A stretch of DNA of 63,362 bases, counting the filler, from Licmophora abbreviata (Eukaryota), in assembly GCA_900291995.1 (NCBI GenBank). It is 13 parts of 13 records of this genome, joined end to end, with 100 filler letters (N's around TTAATTAATTAA, not from the genome) between each part and the next. Parts side by side here need not be neighbours in the genome. Positions count along the whole stretch, not along the records: positions 42,749 to 47,843 come from OLMU01004757.1; positions 47,944 to 56,707 come from OLMU01004759.1; 11 more parts are not named here. The stretch is one strand, 5' to 3'. Shown piece by piece: positions 43,416 through 53,065 of this stretch (positions are counted from its first letter, which is position 1; each line of letters begins with the position of its first letter). The position numbers and the translations under genes are program-made. The notes beneath the pieces are model-generated. The model was not told where the DNA came from and did not search any database. It worked only from the letters and a program-made list of their open reading frames with translations.

Positions 43416-44450
43416 ATGAGGCTTTGTTTAATGTGTATTTTACTCATGGCGAGGGCAGGCTGGGCCTTCCATGGTCCTCTTGCAAGCTTGCAACTAGGGC
43501 AGAGCCTCACTCGTCTGTCGCTACGGCTTCAAGCAGGGGATGAGAACTCCAAGAAGTCAGTACCGGAGAGGCTTTCCTCCGTGCTGGCTACTAGAGAATC
43601 ATCTTGTACTATCAACATCCACGAATGCATGGAACTCAGGGGTGGTGGGGAAGGGTCTTTACCTCCTCTCATCAACATGCTAGGAACAGTATACGCTGGT
43701 GCGTTCGGCCTCTTGTTGCTCACTAGGCCGATCTACTTTTTCGGAGGAGACGGAAAGATGCCATTCTTCGATGTCAAAGAGTACAGTCCCATTGAGCTGT
43801 ACTATGCTAGGATGGACGGGGTGCTGCTTACCGCACTTGCATCTCGAGGAGTGTTTGCACCGAGGTCCGTGGCTACAACTCGACTGTTCGCCACGGTTGG
43901 CATTTTGTTGACAGGACTCTTAGTCAAAATGATGTATTTCACAGGCATGGCTCCGTTGGTTAGGTCGACGTGGACGCCTCAACTCATCATTAGTGGTATT
44001 ATGACGACATGGGCACTGATTAGGTCCTTTGCAGATCTCCCCGAGGAGGAAACAAGCTCATCAGTCGGGTTGGTCAACAAGATTGCAATGGCCTATGCCG
44101 GCCTAACGGGCCTTGCTCTTTTTGTGAACCCATCGTATTTCTTCGGGGGACAGGGTCTTTTCCCATTCTTTACTGAAACTGCCGAATTCACATCTGTCGG
44201 AACGTTCTTTGCTCGTACCCTGGGCGCGTCACTTGTTACCATGGGTGCCGGATCGTACATGCTTGCTCCTGAGTCCATCGCCACTACTAAGACGTTAACG
44301 GTGACATTCGCGCTTACGCTGCCATTGTTCATCAAGAACTTGATCGACACGTCAGGTGTATTCATTGACAATGGAAACTGGAACAAGCAAATCACGACCA
44401 ACGTTCTTCTCGCAGGCGTTCTCTGGTACGCAGGCTTTCGCAAGAATTGA
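43416..44450 (+). CDS. Signal-peptide-bearing multi-pass membrane protein with internal duplication
   Basis: GWA-F signal end, ELRGG motif, and two repeats of YAG..GL.L...P.YFFGG.G..PFF...AR..G. Confidence 0.75.
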   Translation: MRLCLMCILLMARAGWAFHGPLASLQLGQSLTRLSLRLQAGDENSKKSVPERLSSVLATRESSCTINIHECMELRGGGEGSLPPLINMLGTVYAGAFGLLLLTRPIYFFGGDGKMPFFDVKEYSPIELYYARMDGVLLTALASRGVFAPRSVATTRLFATVGILLTGLLVKMMYFTGMAPLVRSTWTPQLIISGIMTTWALIRSFADLPEEETSSSVGLVNKIAMAYAGLTGLALFVNPSYFFGGQGLFPFFTETAEFTSVGTFFARTLGASLVTMGAGSYMLAPESIATTKTLTVTFALTLPLFIKNLIDTSGVFIDNGNWNKQITTNVLLAGVLWYAGFRKN

Positions 44451-44519
44451 GACAGTATCAGCATCGAAAACCTCTCTAGCTAGCTACTGTAGCATGTGAT
44501 TCTTATCTATGGGCAGTAC

Positions 44520-45061
44520 TTATTCTTCGGAAATCGCGGCAGTGACCTGGATCTCAACCAGTATCGCGGGGCGCGCCATGGGTGACTCGACAGTGGCCCG
44601 TACCGGCTTGTTCTCAGGATCGATCCAATCGCACCAGACCTCATTCATTGTCTTGAAGTCTTTCTCAATATCCTTGAGCCAAATGCTGGCCGCCAATACA
44701 TTGGATTTCGATGTCCCAGCCTGACTCAAAAGATCATCGACTTTGGCCAAGACGTTTCTAGTCTGACCAGCGACTGTGAGAAACACGAAAATATAATATT
44801 CAATGATGTGTGTCAGGAGGTGCACTCTGGGAGAACCCAAACGGACACTCGAGTCGAACGAGATCATATCCACTGCGACTTGCCATCATCTGCCTTCGTG
44901 TCCGTCTGGCCACTAAGATACACAGTCCCATTGTGAACAACAACCCTCGACATGCGAGGGTCGTCGACGCCAATCCGCGTGACCGCCGATGACGCAAGGG
45001 AGCGCCTCCCGACTCCTGGTGCGATCCTGGAGACACTTGGGGCAAGAATTCGAGCGAACAT
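44520..45061 (-). CDS. RidA/YjgF/UK114 family (YoaB-like) enamine deaminase with mitochondrial-type presequence; GC-AG intron 44883-44774
   Basis: RMSRVVVHNGTVYLSGQ, MNEVW and KPVRATVE..LVEIQVTAA motifs. Splicing gives ADD-V-AGQTRNVL. Confidence 0.88.
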
Positions 45062-45428
45062 GTTGGGGAGGGAGAGTTCGGCAGAAGCGAGGAGACAAAG
45101 AATGGACCTGCGGTGCTGATGGTGCGTTACGAACCGCGATCGACGAGTTTGTTTCCGGTCAGGCTTATTCTATCCCATCACATCGCGATTTTTTGCATGC
45201 TGCATCATTCAACGCGGCGAGGCCGGCGGCTTATGCGACCGGTAATACCGCGTAGACTAACAGGTGTACCGCGCGAGAACGGCGCGGGGACCGGATGCAA
45301 AAAGCAATGCACCCTACAGTATAGTAGAAGAGCTTGACTGTACCTGTTACGACAGATATGATGCACTAGGTAGATTAAGAGCTCCCTGTTGTACTTGCCC
45401 GTGGTGCCGGAGAAACTACCAAGATACT

Positions 45429-45905
45429 TTACTTCCCAAACGCTCCCATCACAGAGGCCATTGCCTGCCCAGCTGAGTCCTCGACGGAAGTCGTCGTCGA
45501 TTCGCCACCTTCCGTCTCTGAGAGACCAAGGACACTCGCGACGTCAACTCCGCACTCCTTCTGGGCAAAGTCCGCAACCTGAGGCATGAACGAGTTCATC
45601 TCCTTCATGCCGACTCCCTGTGTGTTGAGGGACGCCAACAGTCCGGCGATCCCCCCAGCACCACCGCCACTGCTTCCAAGAGCAGAAGTGAGGGATCCCA
45701 TGAGTCCTCCTCCTCCTCCACCGCCACTTTCAGCAGCTTCATGTTTGTTCACAAGAGAGTCAATTTCCGGAACCTTGCCAAGAATCTTTTGGTAGTCGCC
45801 TGAACCGATGGTCTTCTTGATTAAGGCGAAGATACCCCCCGTCGCGGTTTCGCCTTGCTCCTGCGTCATGCCGGCGTCGGCGGCCATTTTCAAAAGCTGA
45901 TCCAT
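45429..45905 (-). CDS. Gly-rich small protein resembling DUF2780 (VcgC/VcgE-like)
   Basis: GMTQEQGETATGGIFALIKK...KVPEIDSLV followed by a Gly-rich amphipathic segment. Confidence 0.55.
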   Translation of the reverse strand: MDQLLKMAADAGMTQEQGETATGGIFALIKKTIGSGDYQKILGKVPEIDSLVNKHEAAESGGGGGGGLMGSLTSALGSSGGGAGGIAGLLASLNTQGVGMKEMNSFMPQVADFAQKECGVDVASVLGLSETEGGESTTTSVEDSAGQAMASVMGAFGK

Positions 45906-46337
45906 GTTCGATAGAGTCTTGTATGGGCGAGATAAGGAGAGATAACCGGCCAACTGTGAGACTGATAGACGCGACTGTGTGTGACGATTGTGCTGTGGTC
46001 GTGAATCTTTTGAAGATCTTTTTTCGATCCCGGTTTCCCACCAGCTCCGGGTCTCTTACAAGTAGCTCACAAAAGAACTCATGTGAATGCAATGAGTCAA
46101 TCAATCGAGTCGAGTGAGTCAGTCACGGGGGGTTGATGAAGGCCTTCATTGACGAGTCGAATGAATCAGACTCATGTACTTGTTCTCTTTCATAGCACCT
46201 GTCTTACGAACCGATAGCAATGATGCAATGCAATGATTGAATGGGCAACGGGATCATGGTGGTCCTGCCAAACGGTAGTAGGTATCATTCATAGCTAGTA
46301 GCAGTTCCCAGGTAAATGACACTTTTTAGAGGGTTCG

Positions 46338-47582
46338 TCATACAAACTCCCAGTTCTTTTTGAGCGAAACGAAAGGGTTGCTCGATCCGGTACCCTTGGC
46401 AAACCTCCGAAGACGACGCGAAAATACCTTTAGACAACTCCCCATGACCAGCAGAGATGAAAATCCGACGAAGAAAATGAGTGAAGGAGGTACATCCAAG
46501 GACAGATCGACTCCTCGCAGGTTCAGCATCAGAGGACAGACGCTCATGTTGGTTTCTTTGGGACAGCTGACCGCAAGTTCCATCAGCGAAATTTCCACTT
46601 GCTCTGGGGCCAGATTGACTGATCGTTCCAATATCCCTTTATAATATTGAATTTCATGGCACAAGGCACCGCATAGTAGTTCTTGTGCTTCTGGAGAAAG
46701 ATCTCGTGAAGGTGCGTCGGTATCAGTCGGGTTTCTGATGGGAAATGAGTTTTCACTAATCCTGTACGGCTCGTCCGTGCTGTTTCGTACGAGCGAGTGT
46801 AGATGTCTTTCGACAGAATTCCAGTCTTCCCAAAGGTGCTCGGTTCGTAAGGCATATACCTTTGCTCCCTCGGGAGCTTCACTCGCGTACCACTGAAAGT
46901 TGTAATAATTGTGCCGGGAATAGGGTTCGATCCCTCGTATGGCATTCCAGGCACGCTCCCGACAAACCGCAGACACCCTTCCCTTTGTGCCCAGGCCAGT
47001 TTCCGCAAGCTTATTGAGCGTCTTAAAGGGACAGTCCACAAAGAGAGGCCTCTTTTCATCGTAACGAGCGCCCCCCTTTTGTTTTTTCGGTGTGTACTCG
47101 TACGCAAACCAGGAAATGATGCGATCCAACGGATTTCGAACGGGAAAGAGATAATAGTCAGTATTTGTCGGACAATTGTTGAAGCCATTGTGCGAGAGAT
47201 GTCGTGTCACTGCTGGTAGATAGCCAGCGGCCATCTTTGTGTCGTCCCCACAATAGAACCCCAGTAAGCATTTCAGAGAAGAGCCCCCGCACTTTCCAAT
47301 GTGTTCGAAGCAAACGTCAGGCAATCCTGCGGGAAGATCATCCGCAGACGTGATGTGCGGCTTCACGTACTTCCACCTTGCATAACTGGATATGTTTTGC
47401 CCAGTGCGTTGCTCGTACGGTGTCAATTCGGTGGGTGAGGACCCCAGCACTTCCAATGATGACGAGACACCGATCACCGTCAAAATGAGGAGGAGGAGGT
47501 CCCGCATGAGATGAAAGGGGAGCGTCAGCTTGCCGTTCTGGCGAAGAATAGCTCTGTGGAGACCCATGCCTTTTGCATTCAT
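46338..47582 (-). CDS. Membrane-anchored sulfotransferase-family protein
   Basis: HIGKCGGSSL (5'-PSB-like) and VRNPLDRIISWFAY (3'-PB-like) motifs; N- and C-terminal hydrophobic segments. Confidence 0.7.
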   Translation of the reverse strand: MNAKGMGLHRAILRQNGKLTLPFHLMRDLLLLILTVIGVSSSLEVLGSSPTELTPYEQRTGQNISSYARWKYVKPHITSADDLPAGLPDVCFEHIGKCGGSSLKCLLGFYCGDDTKMAAGYLPAVTRHLSHNGFNNCPTNTDYYLFPVRNPLDRIISWFAYEYTPKKQKGGARYDEKRPLFVDCPFKTLNKLAETGLGTKGRVSAVCRERAWNAIRGIEPYSRHNYYNFQWYASEAPEGAKVYALRTEHLWEDWNSVERHLHSLVRNSTDEPYRISENSFPIRNPTDTDAPSRDLSPEAQELLCGALCHEIQYYKGILERSVNLAPEQVEISLMELAVSCPKETNMSVCPLMLNLRGVDLSLDVPPSLIFFVGFSSLLVMGSCLKVFSRRLRRFAKGTGSSNPFVSLKKNWEFV

Positions 47583-47778
47583 TTCTTTGTAAGCGTCCAA
47601 GGTTCAAGGCGTCGCGTGCAGCCAGCAACATGCTGCAGTTTACACCAGTAATGCCCCCGTTCTTGTGTACGAGTTACTACAAAGTGAGAAGTGAGAGATT
47701 GAAGATGAGAGCAAAGTTTTAAGTTGAACGCGGAAGGCGCGCGGCAGCGCATGTCTGTCGCGATCAAGCGACGTACCG

Positions 47779-47782
<4 letters not shown>

Positions 47783-47812
<30 letters not shown>
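47783..47812 (+). repeat. (TG)15 microsatellite
   Basis: Fifteen perfect TG units near a contig end. Confidence 0.97.
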
Positions 47813-47813
<1 letters not shown>

Positions 47814-48033
47814 CAGGTTGTTTTAGAAGCTGAGACCGCGGACNNNNNNNNNNNNNNNNNNNNNNNNNNNNNNNNNNNNNNNNNNNNTTAATTAATTAAN
47901 NNNNNNNNNNNNNNNNNNNNNNNNNNNNNNNNNNNNNNNNNNNACGCTTGTTGTGTCTACTATTCGTCCATATTCGGGTAATATTTGCTTGTTTCGACCC
48001 TGAAGCTTTGTGACATAAGAAGCGGTAAATTTC

Positions 48034-49161
48034 ATGTGGTTTCTTACAAGAAAAAGAGCCTCACGAGTCCTGACATCCGTGTTGCTTGCAACGGCGACGA
48101 GAACTACGACCTCATTCAGTGTTTCCAGTACTACTCCAACCGGTACATCGCAGAGCGGCGATGGCAATCAAAAGCCGTTGCCCCCTCCTAGATTCGTCAA
48201 CACTATTCAAGAGATTGCCGATGACTACGATATCTTCTTGATTGATATGTGGGGCGTACTTCATGATGGAAAGAAGCCATACGAGGGCGTGCTGGAAGCC
48301 ATTCAACGATTGAAACTGCATGGGAACAAGGAGTTTGTAATATTGTCGAACAGTAGCAAGCGCCATGAAAGTGCCGCCAGGATGTTGGCGAAATTGGGCT
48401 TCGAAGTACTCGACTTTTCTCAAATCATTACTTCCGGTGAGATCTCGTATCGCATGTTGGCAGGCACCTCGTGCTTCTCTTGGTCAATTTTGTCGAAACT
48501 CATTGAAAATCAGCAGCAGCGAGCCTTTGTCTTTGGCAGTGGTAATGAAGACGAAAAGTATATGACGTCATGTGGATGGACACTTGCGCCCATCGAAGAA
48601 GCTGACCTTATTGTTGCTCGAGGGACGTTTACCATAAACGATGGCTCTAGCGTCATTGACAAGACTATCGACGGAAAGGATAAGTACTTTGAATTGTTGC
48701 ACAAGGCCCTTAAAGTGGCGGCGGAGCGGCGAGTGCCCATGTTGGTGACGAACCCTGACAAGGTACGACCAGACGAAGGCTTTCCTCCCATGCCGGGTGC
48801 CATTGGTGATGACTACGAGGCGCGACTAGCTGACAATGTCCTGGCAGAGACGTTGGTAAAACGCATCGGTAAACCCTACCCTGAAGTCTTTCAATTGGCA
48901 ATGTGTCCAAGGACGGATCACAGACGAATCTGTATGATTGGAGATGCCCTTGAAACGGATATTATAGGAGGATCAACTGCTGGTATCGACACAGTATGGG
49001 TAGTCAAGGACGGCATTCACGGATCTGCTGTCATGGAGAAGGGGTCTTTCGAGGACGGATGTGCTCGAGTACTAGACGAATTCAACACGAAGGATGGAGC
49101 AAATGCGAAAGATCGAATTGTGAAGCCTTCCATCGTAGCTCCAAACTTTCGGTACTGGTAA
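48034..49161 (+). CDS. HAD-superfamily subfamily IIA hydrolase with N-terminal targeting peptide
   Basis: DMWGVLHDG, LSNSS, TNPD, IGKP and MIGDALETDI motifs. Confidence 0.9.
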   Translation: MWFLTRKRASRVLTSVLLATATRTTTSFSVSSTTPTGTSQSGDGNQKPLPPPRFVNTIQEIADDYDIFLIDMWGVLHDGKKPYEGVLEAIQRLKLHGNKEFVILSNSSKRHESAARMLAKLGFEVLDFSQIITSGEISYRMLAGTSCFSWSILSKLIENQQQRAFVFGSGNEDEKYMTSCGWTLAPIEEADLIVARGTFTINDGSSVIDKTIDGKDKYFELLHKALKVAAERRVPMLVTNPDKVRPDEGFPPMPGAIGDDYEARLADNVLAETLVKRIGKPYPEVFQLAMCPRTDHRRICMIGDALETDIIGGSTAGIDTVWVVKDGIHGSAVMEKGSFEDGCARVLDEFNTKDGANAKDRIVKPSIVAPNFRYW

Positions 49162-49527
49162 CGCAGATTCTCTCGATGTGAAGCTTGGATCTACGAGGAA
49201 CATAGATATAAAGCGCCGTGCATGGTGTAGACTTTCAATAGACCACAGTTCTGTAGTAGGTAGTAGAGCTGTGTCCGTCGTTTCATCCAGACCCCGCCTG
49301 CACCCGGCATTTTGCGTCCCGTGACGTCAAAATAACTGATGGACGGCACCGCCGCCCGCGCTGGGGGGTGCACGGTGATGCGAATGCTGTGAGAGCACAT
49401 CAGCGCGACATTTGACGATGAGAGAGCAATCGTCTAGCAGACTTTAGCGAAGGCAGTCACTGCGGAGCGTCGGTCTTTGTCGAGATCGGTCTTTTGTAGC
49501 CGCTCCCCCCTCGCTTTGCGTGCAGCG

Positions 49528-50070
49528 ATGTTTCCTTTTGCTTCGGATGCGGCTGCAGTTGGCGTTGGAGCCGTGTGCGGGGCACTCAGTCGCTACCAAA
49601 TTGGAAGAATGGCCGCAGAACGGATTGCGGCAGACCCGAAAAGATACGGTCCTTGGACGGGGTGGCACACTGCTGGTATCAACATCCTCGGCTCCTTTGC
49701 TCTGGGAGGAATCTATGCTGCCCCTGTGTCGACCACGACAGGTCCCGTGAGTGCTGCAGGGTTGTCTCCCCGAGCCAAGCTCATGCTTGGATTGGGCTTC
49801 TGTGGTAGCTTCACGACGTTTAGCACGTACGCCTGCGACGTTGCAGTTTGGCTGTCGAGAGGGGAATCAGTAAAGGCGCTTTCGTACGTCATGGCCAACA
49901 ATGCCTGTTGTGTCACGGCAGCCGCGTCGGGAATGTTCATTGTCAAAAAAATCTTCGTTCGTAGGCTGATTGATGCGCATGTGGTCTCTGGCAATCTCGT
50001 GACTGCAGTACAATGGGGTGACATGAACGATGTATTGTTTGAAGAGACTCCAGTTCAAAGTGTTGTTTGA
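49528..50070 (+). CDS. crcB: Fluc/CrcB fluoride channel (single domain visible; ends uncertain)
   Basis: GAVCGALSRY, INILGSFALG and GFCGSFTTFST motifs. Confidence 0.85.
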   Translation: MFPFASDAAAVGVGAVCGALSRYQIGRMAAERIAADPKRYGPWTGWHTAGINILGSFALGGIYAAPVSTTTGPVSAAGLSPRAKLMLGLGFCGSFTTFSTYACDVAVWLSRGESVKALSYVMANNACCVTAAASGMFIVKKIFVRRLIDAHVVSGNLVTAVQWGDMNDVLFEETPVQSVV

Positions 50071-50131
50071 TTTTTTCTAAGATATGTAATTTACAAGCAG
50101 ATACATTGGACACAATGATGACTCGTGTACT

Positions 50132-52240
50132 CTAAGCGACGGGAGCGCATTCAGGATGGAGCTTGGAAAGACCGTAGAAGTTAAAGCCCGACAACACAAG
50201 TTCGTTCTCAGGTCGGTCAGCACTACGAAGGATACGCGTAGCCTCGGAAAGAACGACGACCATGCTCTTTGCTTCGCCTCGTTGAAGGTGAACGTTTCCG
50301 ATATGGTTCAAAGTCTGAGCAATTGTCACGTCGCTCGACTGCTGGGTCGCTCGCTGAATGCACAGTGCTTCTTCAAAGTACTTAAGTGCATCTTCTAGCT
50401 CCCCGCGCTGCTGGTGTACTTGTCCAATGTGAAGCAATGTCAGTACCACATCGCTATGGTTCACACCCAAGGCCGCTTTTTCCACTCGCAGTGTTTCCCG
50501 ATAGTACGTCATCGCCTCATCGTCGTCGCCTGTTTCCAAGTGAATCGTGGCAATATTATACAAGATGATGGCGACGTCCCGATGACTGTCACCCAGCAGC
50601 TGACGACGGATGCGGAGTCCTTCCAGAAAACTTTGCATGGCAAGGTCATGAAGATCCATCTTGAACAAGACGAGACCGACTGAGTTGAGAGTCGATGCCA
50701 CGTCGAGATGGTTGTCACCGTAGGCATCTCGTCGTATCCGAAGGACTTCTTGGTACACGTCTAGAGCGCGACCGTAATTGCGCCGTTGATGGTGGATGAG
50801 CGCAATACTGGACAACGTCGTCGATACACCCGGGTGGTTGACTCCCAAGGAACGCTTTTGAATAGCAGCGGCCTCGCCGTACAGGCGTAGTGCTGCTTGG
50901 TAGTCTCCTCGGAGTTTATGGATCTGACCAATGTTGGTCAAGGTGACTGTAATGTTGGGATGAAAGCAGTCGAGGACCGCTCGTTCGACGTCGAGTCCCT
51001 GTTGGTAGGTCAGAATTGCCGCATCCAAGTCTCCCCTCTCGTAGTACAGGTTACCAAGCTTATTAAGAGTTGAAGCAACCTCGGGATGCGTCTCACCGAG
51101 AGCCGCTCGGCCCACGCCGAGAGCCTGACTGTACAGTTGGCAGGCCTTGTCATAGGATTTGCGCTCGTGGTGTATTTGAGCCATGCACTTGAGCATGATT
51201 GCAATGTCGCGATGTTCGCCACCCAGGCGGGCGGCTGCGATGCGGAGAAACTCCTGATAGAGGGACATGGCTTGGTCGGGCTGGCCACGCTGGTGGTGAG
51301 TCTGACCAGCATTGTAGACGGTGGCGGCAACATCGAGATGGTCGTCGCCAAAGAGCAGTCGACGAATGTGGAGGGCCTCTCTGTAGTGGTCGAGCGCCGC
51401 GTTGTACTCCCCCTTCATGTAGTAGATCCTTCCAATGTTATTCAATGTCGTCGCCACGTCTTTGTGCTCGTCTCCGAGAACAGCTCGACGAATGGACAGG
51501 GACTCCACGTACATCACCATGGCTTTTTCGGTGTCAGCATTGGGCATGTGAAAGTGCAGGACACCGAGAATGTTGAGCGTGGCGGCGTACTCGAGGTGCA
51601 ACTCGGAGAAGTTTTCCCTGGTTATGTTGAGGGCCTTAGTGTAAGTACGAATCGATTCTTCGTAGCTCCCCATTCGGTATTGAGCGAGGCCAATGCTGTG
51701 GAGAATGGCCAGCATGCTGACCGTGGGATGGGCTTCCTTCTTGATGGGGATGCCTTGTTGTGACAATTGTGACAAGGTAAGCGCCCGGTAGAAGTAGTCC
51801 GATGCCTCTTCATTCTCTTCAAGACGCAAGCAGAGCTGACCAACGTTGTAGAGGACAATTGCTGTCAGGAAACGAGGATCCATCAAGGCTGCCAGACTGG
51901 TATCAATCGGAACTGGGTCGGTAAAAGTGAAGAGACCCTCGTCGTACTCTCCTCTCTGAAAGATGTATAGAGACTTCTTCTTGGTTCCACCATGTCTAGA
52001 CCCAGTACTGTGATGCGACGACGATGAAAGCTCCAGGGCTGGGCTTGAAGCAAATAATGTGTCGTTAGTGTGGTCTAGCGCTTCTCGAAGGTATTGTTGT
52101 GCCTTGCTATGCTCCGCCGATTGTAGACAAGCGATTCCGTAGTTGTTCAAGCTAGCAACCGTGTCTGAGTGGAGAGGCGCATAGCCACCACTCAACCTTC
52201 GTAGCGTAGTGTCAACGGTATTTTGTTGAGAGAAGTTCAT
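50132..52240 (-). CDS. TPR-repeat protein (kinesin-light-chain-like 42-aa repeats)
   Basis: Many LG..H.DVA.TLNNIG..Y repeats; QRGEYDEG N-terminal motif; C-terminal PECAPVA. Confidence 0.9.
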   Translation of the reverse strand: MNFSQQNTVDTTLRRLSGGYAPLHSDTVASLNNYGIACLQSAEHSKAQQYLREALDHTNDTLFASSPALELSSSSHHSTGSRHGGTKKKSLYIFQRGEYDEGLFTFTDPVPIDTSLAALMDPRFLTAIVLYNVGQLCLRLEENEEASDYFYRALTLSQLSQQGIPIKKEAHPTVSMLAILHSIGLAQYRMGSYEESIRTYTKALNITRENFSELHLEYAATLNILGVLHFHMPNADTEKAMVMYVESLSIRRAVLGDEHKDVATTLNNIGRIYYMKGEYNAALDHYREALHIRRLLFGDDHLDVAATVYNAGQTHHQRGQPDQAMSLYQEFLRIAAARLGGEHRDIAIMLKCMAQIHHERKSYDKACQLYSQALGVGRAALGETHPEVASTLNKLGNLYYERGDLDAAILTYQQGLDVERAVLDCFHPNITVTLTNIGQIHKLRGDYQAALRLYGEAAAIQKRSLGVNHPGVSTTLSSIALIHHQRRNYGRALDVYQEVLRIRRDAYGDNHLDVASTLNSVGLVLFKMDLHDLAMQSFLEGLRIRRQLLGDSHRDVAIILYNIATIHLETGDDDEAMTYYRETLRVEKAALGVNHSDVVLTLLHIGQVHQQRGELEDALKYFEEALCIQRATQQSSDVTIAQTLNHIGNVHLQRGEAKSMVVVLSEATRILRSADRPENELVLSGFNFYGLSKLHPECAPVA

Positions 52241-53065
52241 CGCGGGCGTGTGTGCGAACCGGCTTTGATTTTGTGGAAAGGCTGAATTTGTGTGCTCAGT
52301 TTTGGTGCTGACTATCTCGAAGGCATTGGCATTGTCAGTCACTTAGCTTTGCCCCAGTCACAGAAAGAGCTTTGTGTCTGTTCTTGGTCATGTCATATGA
52401 CCATGTCTATGTAAAGAGTGACTTTTTACTATATAGAAAATGCCAGCCATCTCCCCAAACCGCCATTGACGACATCAAAGACTCTCTTTTAGAAGACTCC
52501 ACGGGACTTTGTGACCGGTTTTTCATTTTCGTCTCCTGAAGGCCCAACAAGCTTCTGTCATAGAGGTCATTGGCCATAAGTGAAATTCAAGTGAAAGTCA
52601 TTTTGTCAAGGTCTGTCCTCAGTCAACAATCACAACAAACGAAGTCGAATGAATCAATTATTAGTCGAATGATTCGAATCAGGGACAATTATTGAACGGG
52701 CTGACAGACGCTCGAAATTGCATCGATCGTGGACGTAAATCTTCAACATCAGACGTTGTCGGAATACGGATACAAAAGTCAGACATCCTTCTTCAATAAA
52801 TCGGCTCACGAGTAGCCATAAGATTTGCAGAAAACGACAGAAGCTGTGCGTCATCATTGATAGGGTCTTTCGTAAGGCACGTGAGCTACGACCAGATGTG
52901 ACTCATTTCACGATCAAAGTGTACGAATAGTCGTGGGAAGCACAGCGCAAAAGGCTCACAATTTCGAGGTGGGTTGTCCGTAATCCGTGAAACGCACACC
53001 GATCATTGCTCGTGATTGACATTGATACCGCACAGGTCCTCATAGTTTCCGAACGAACTCGCAAG

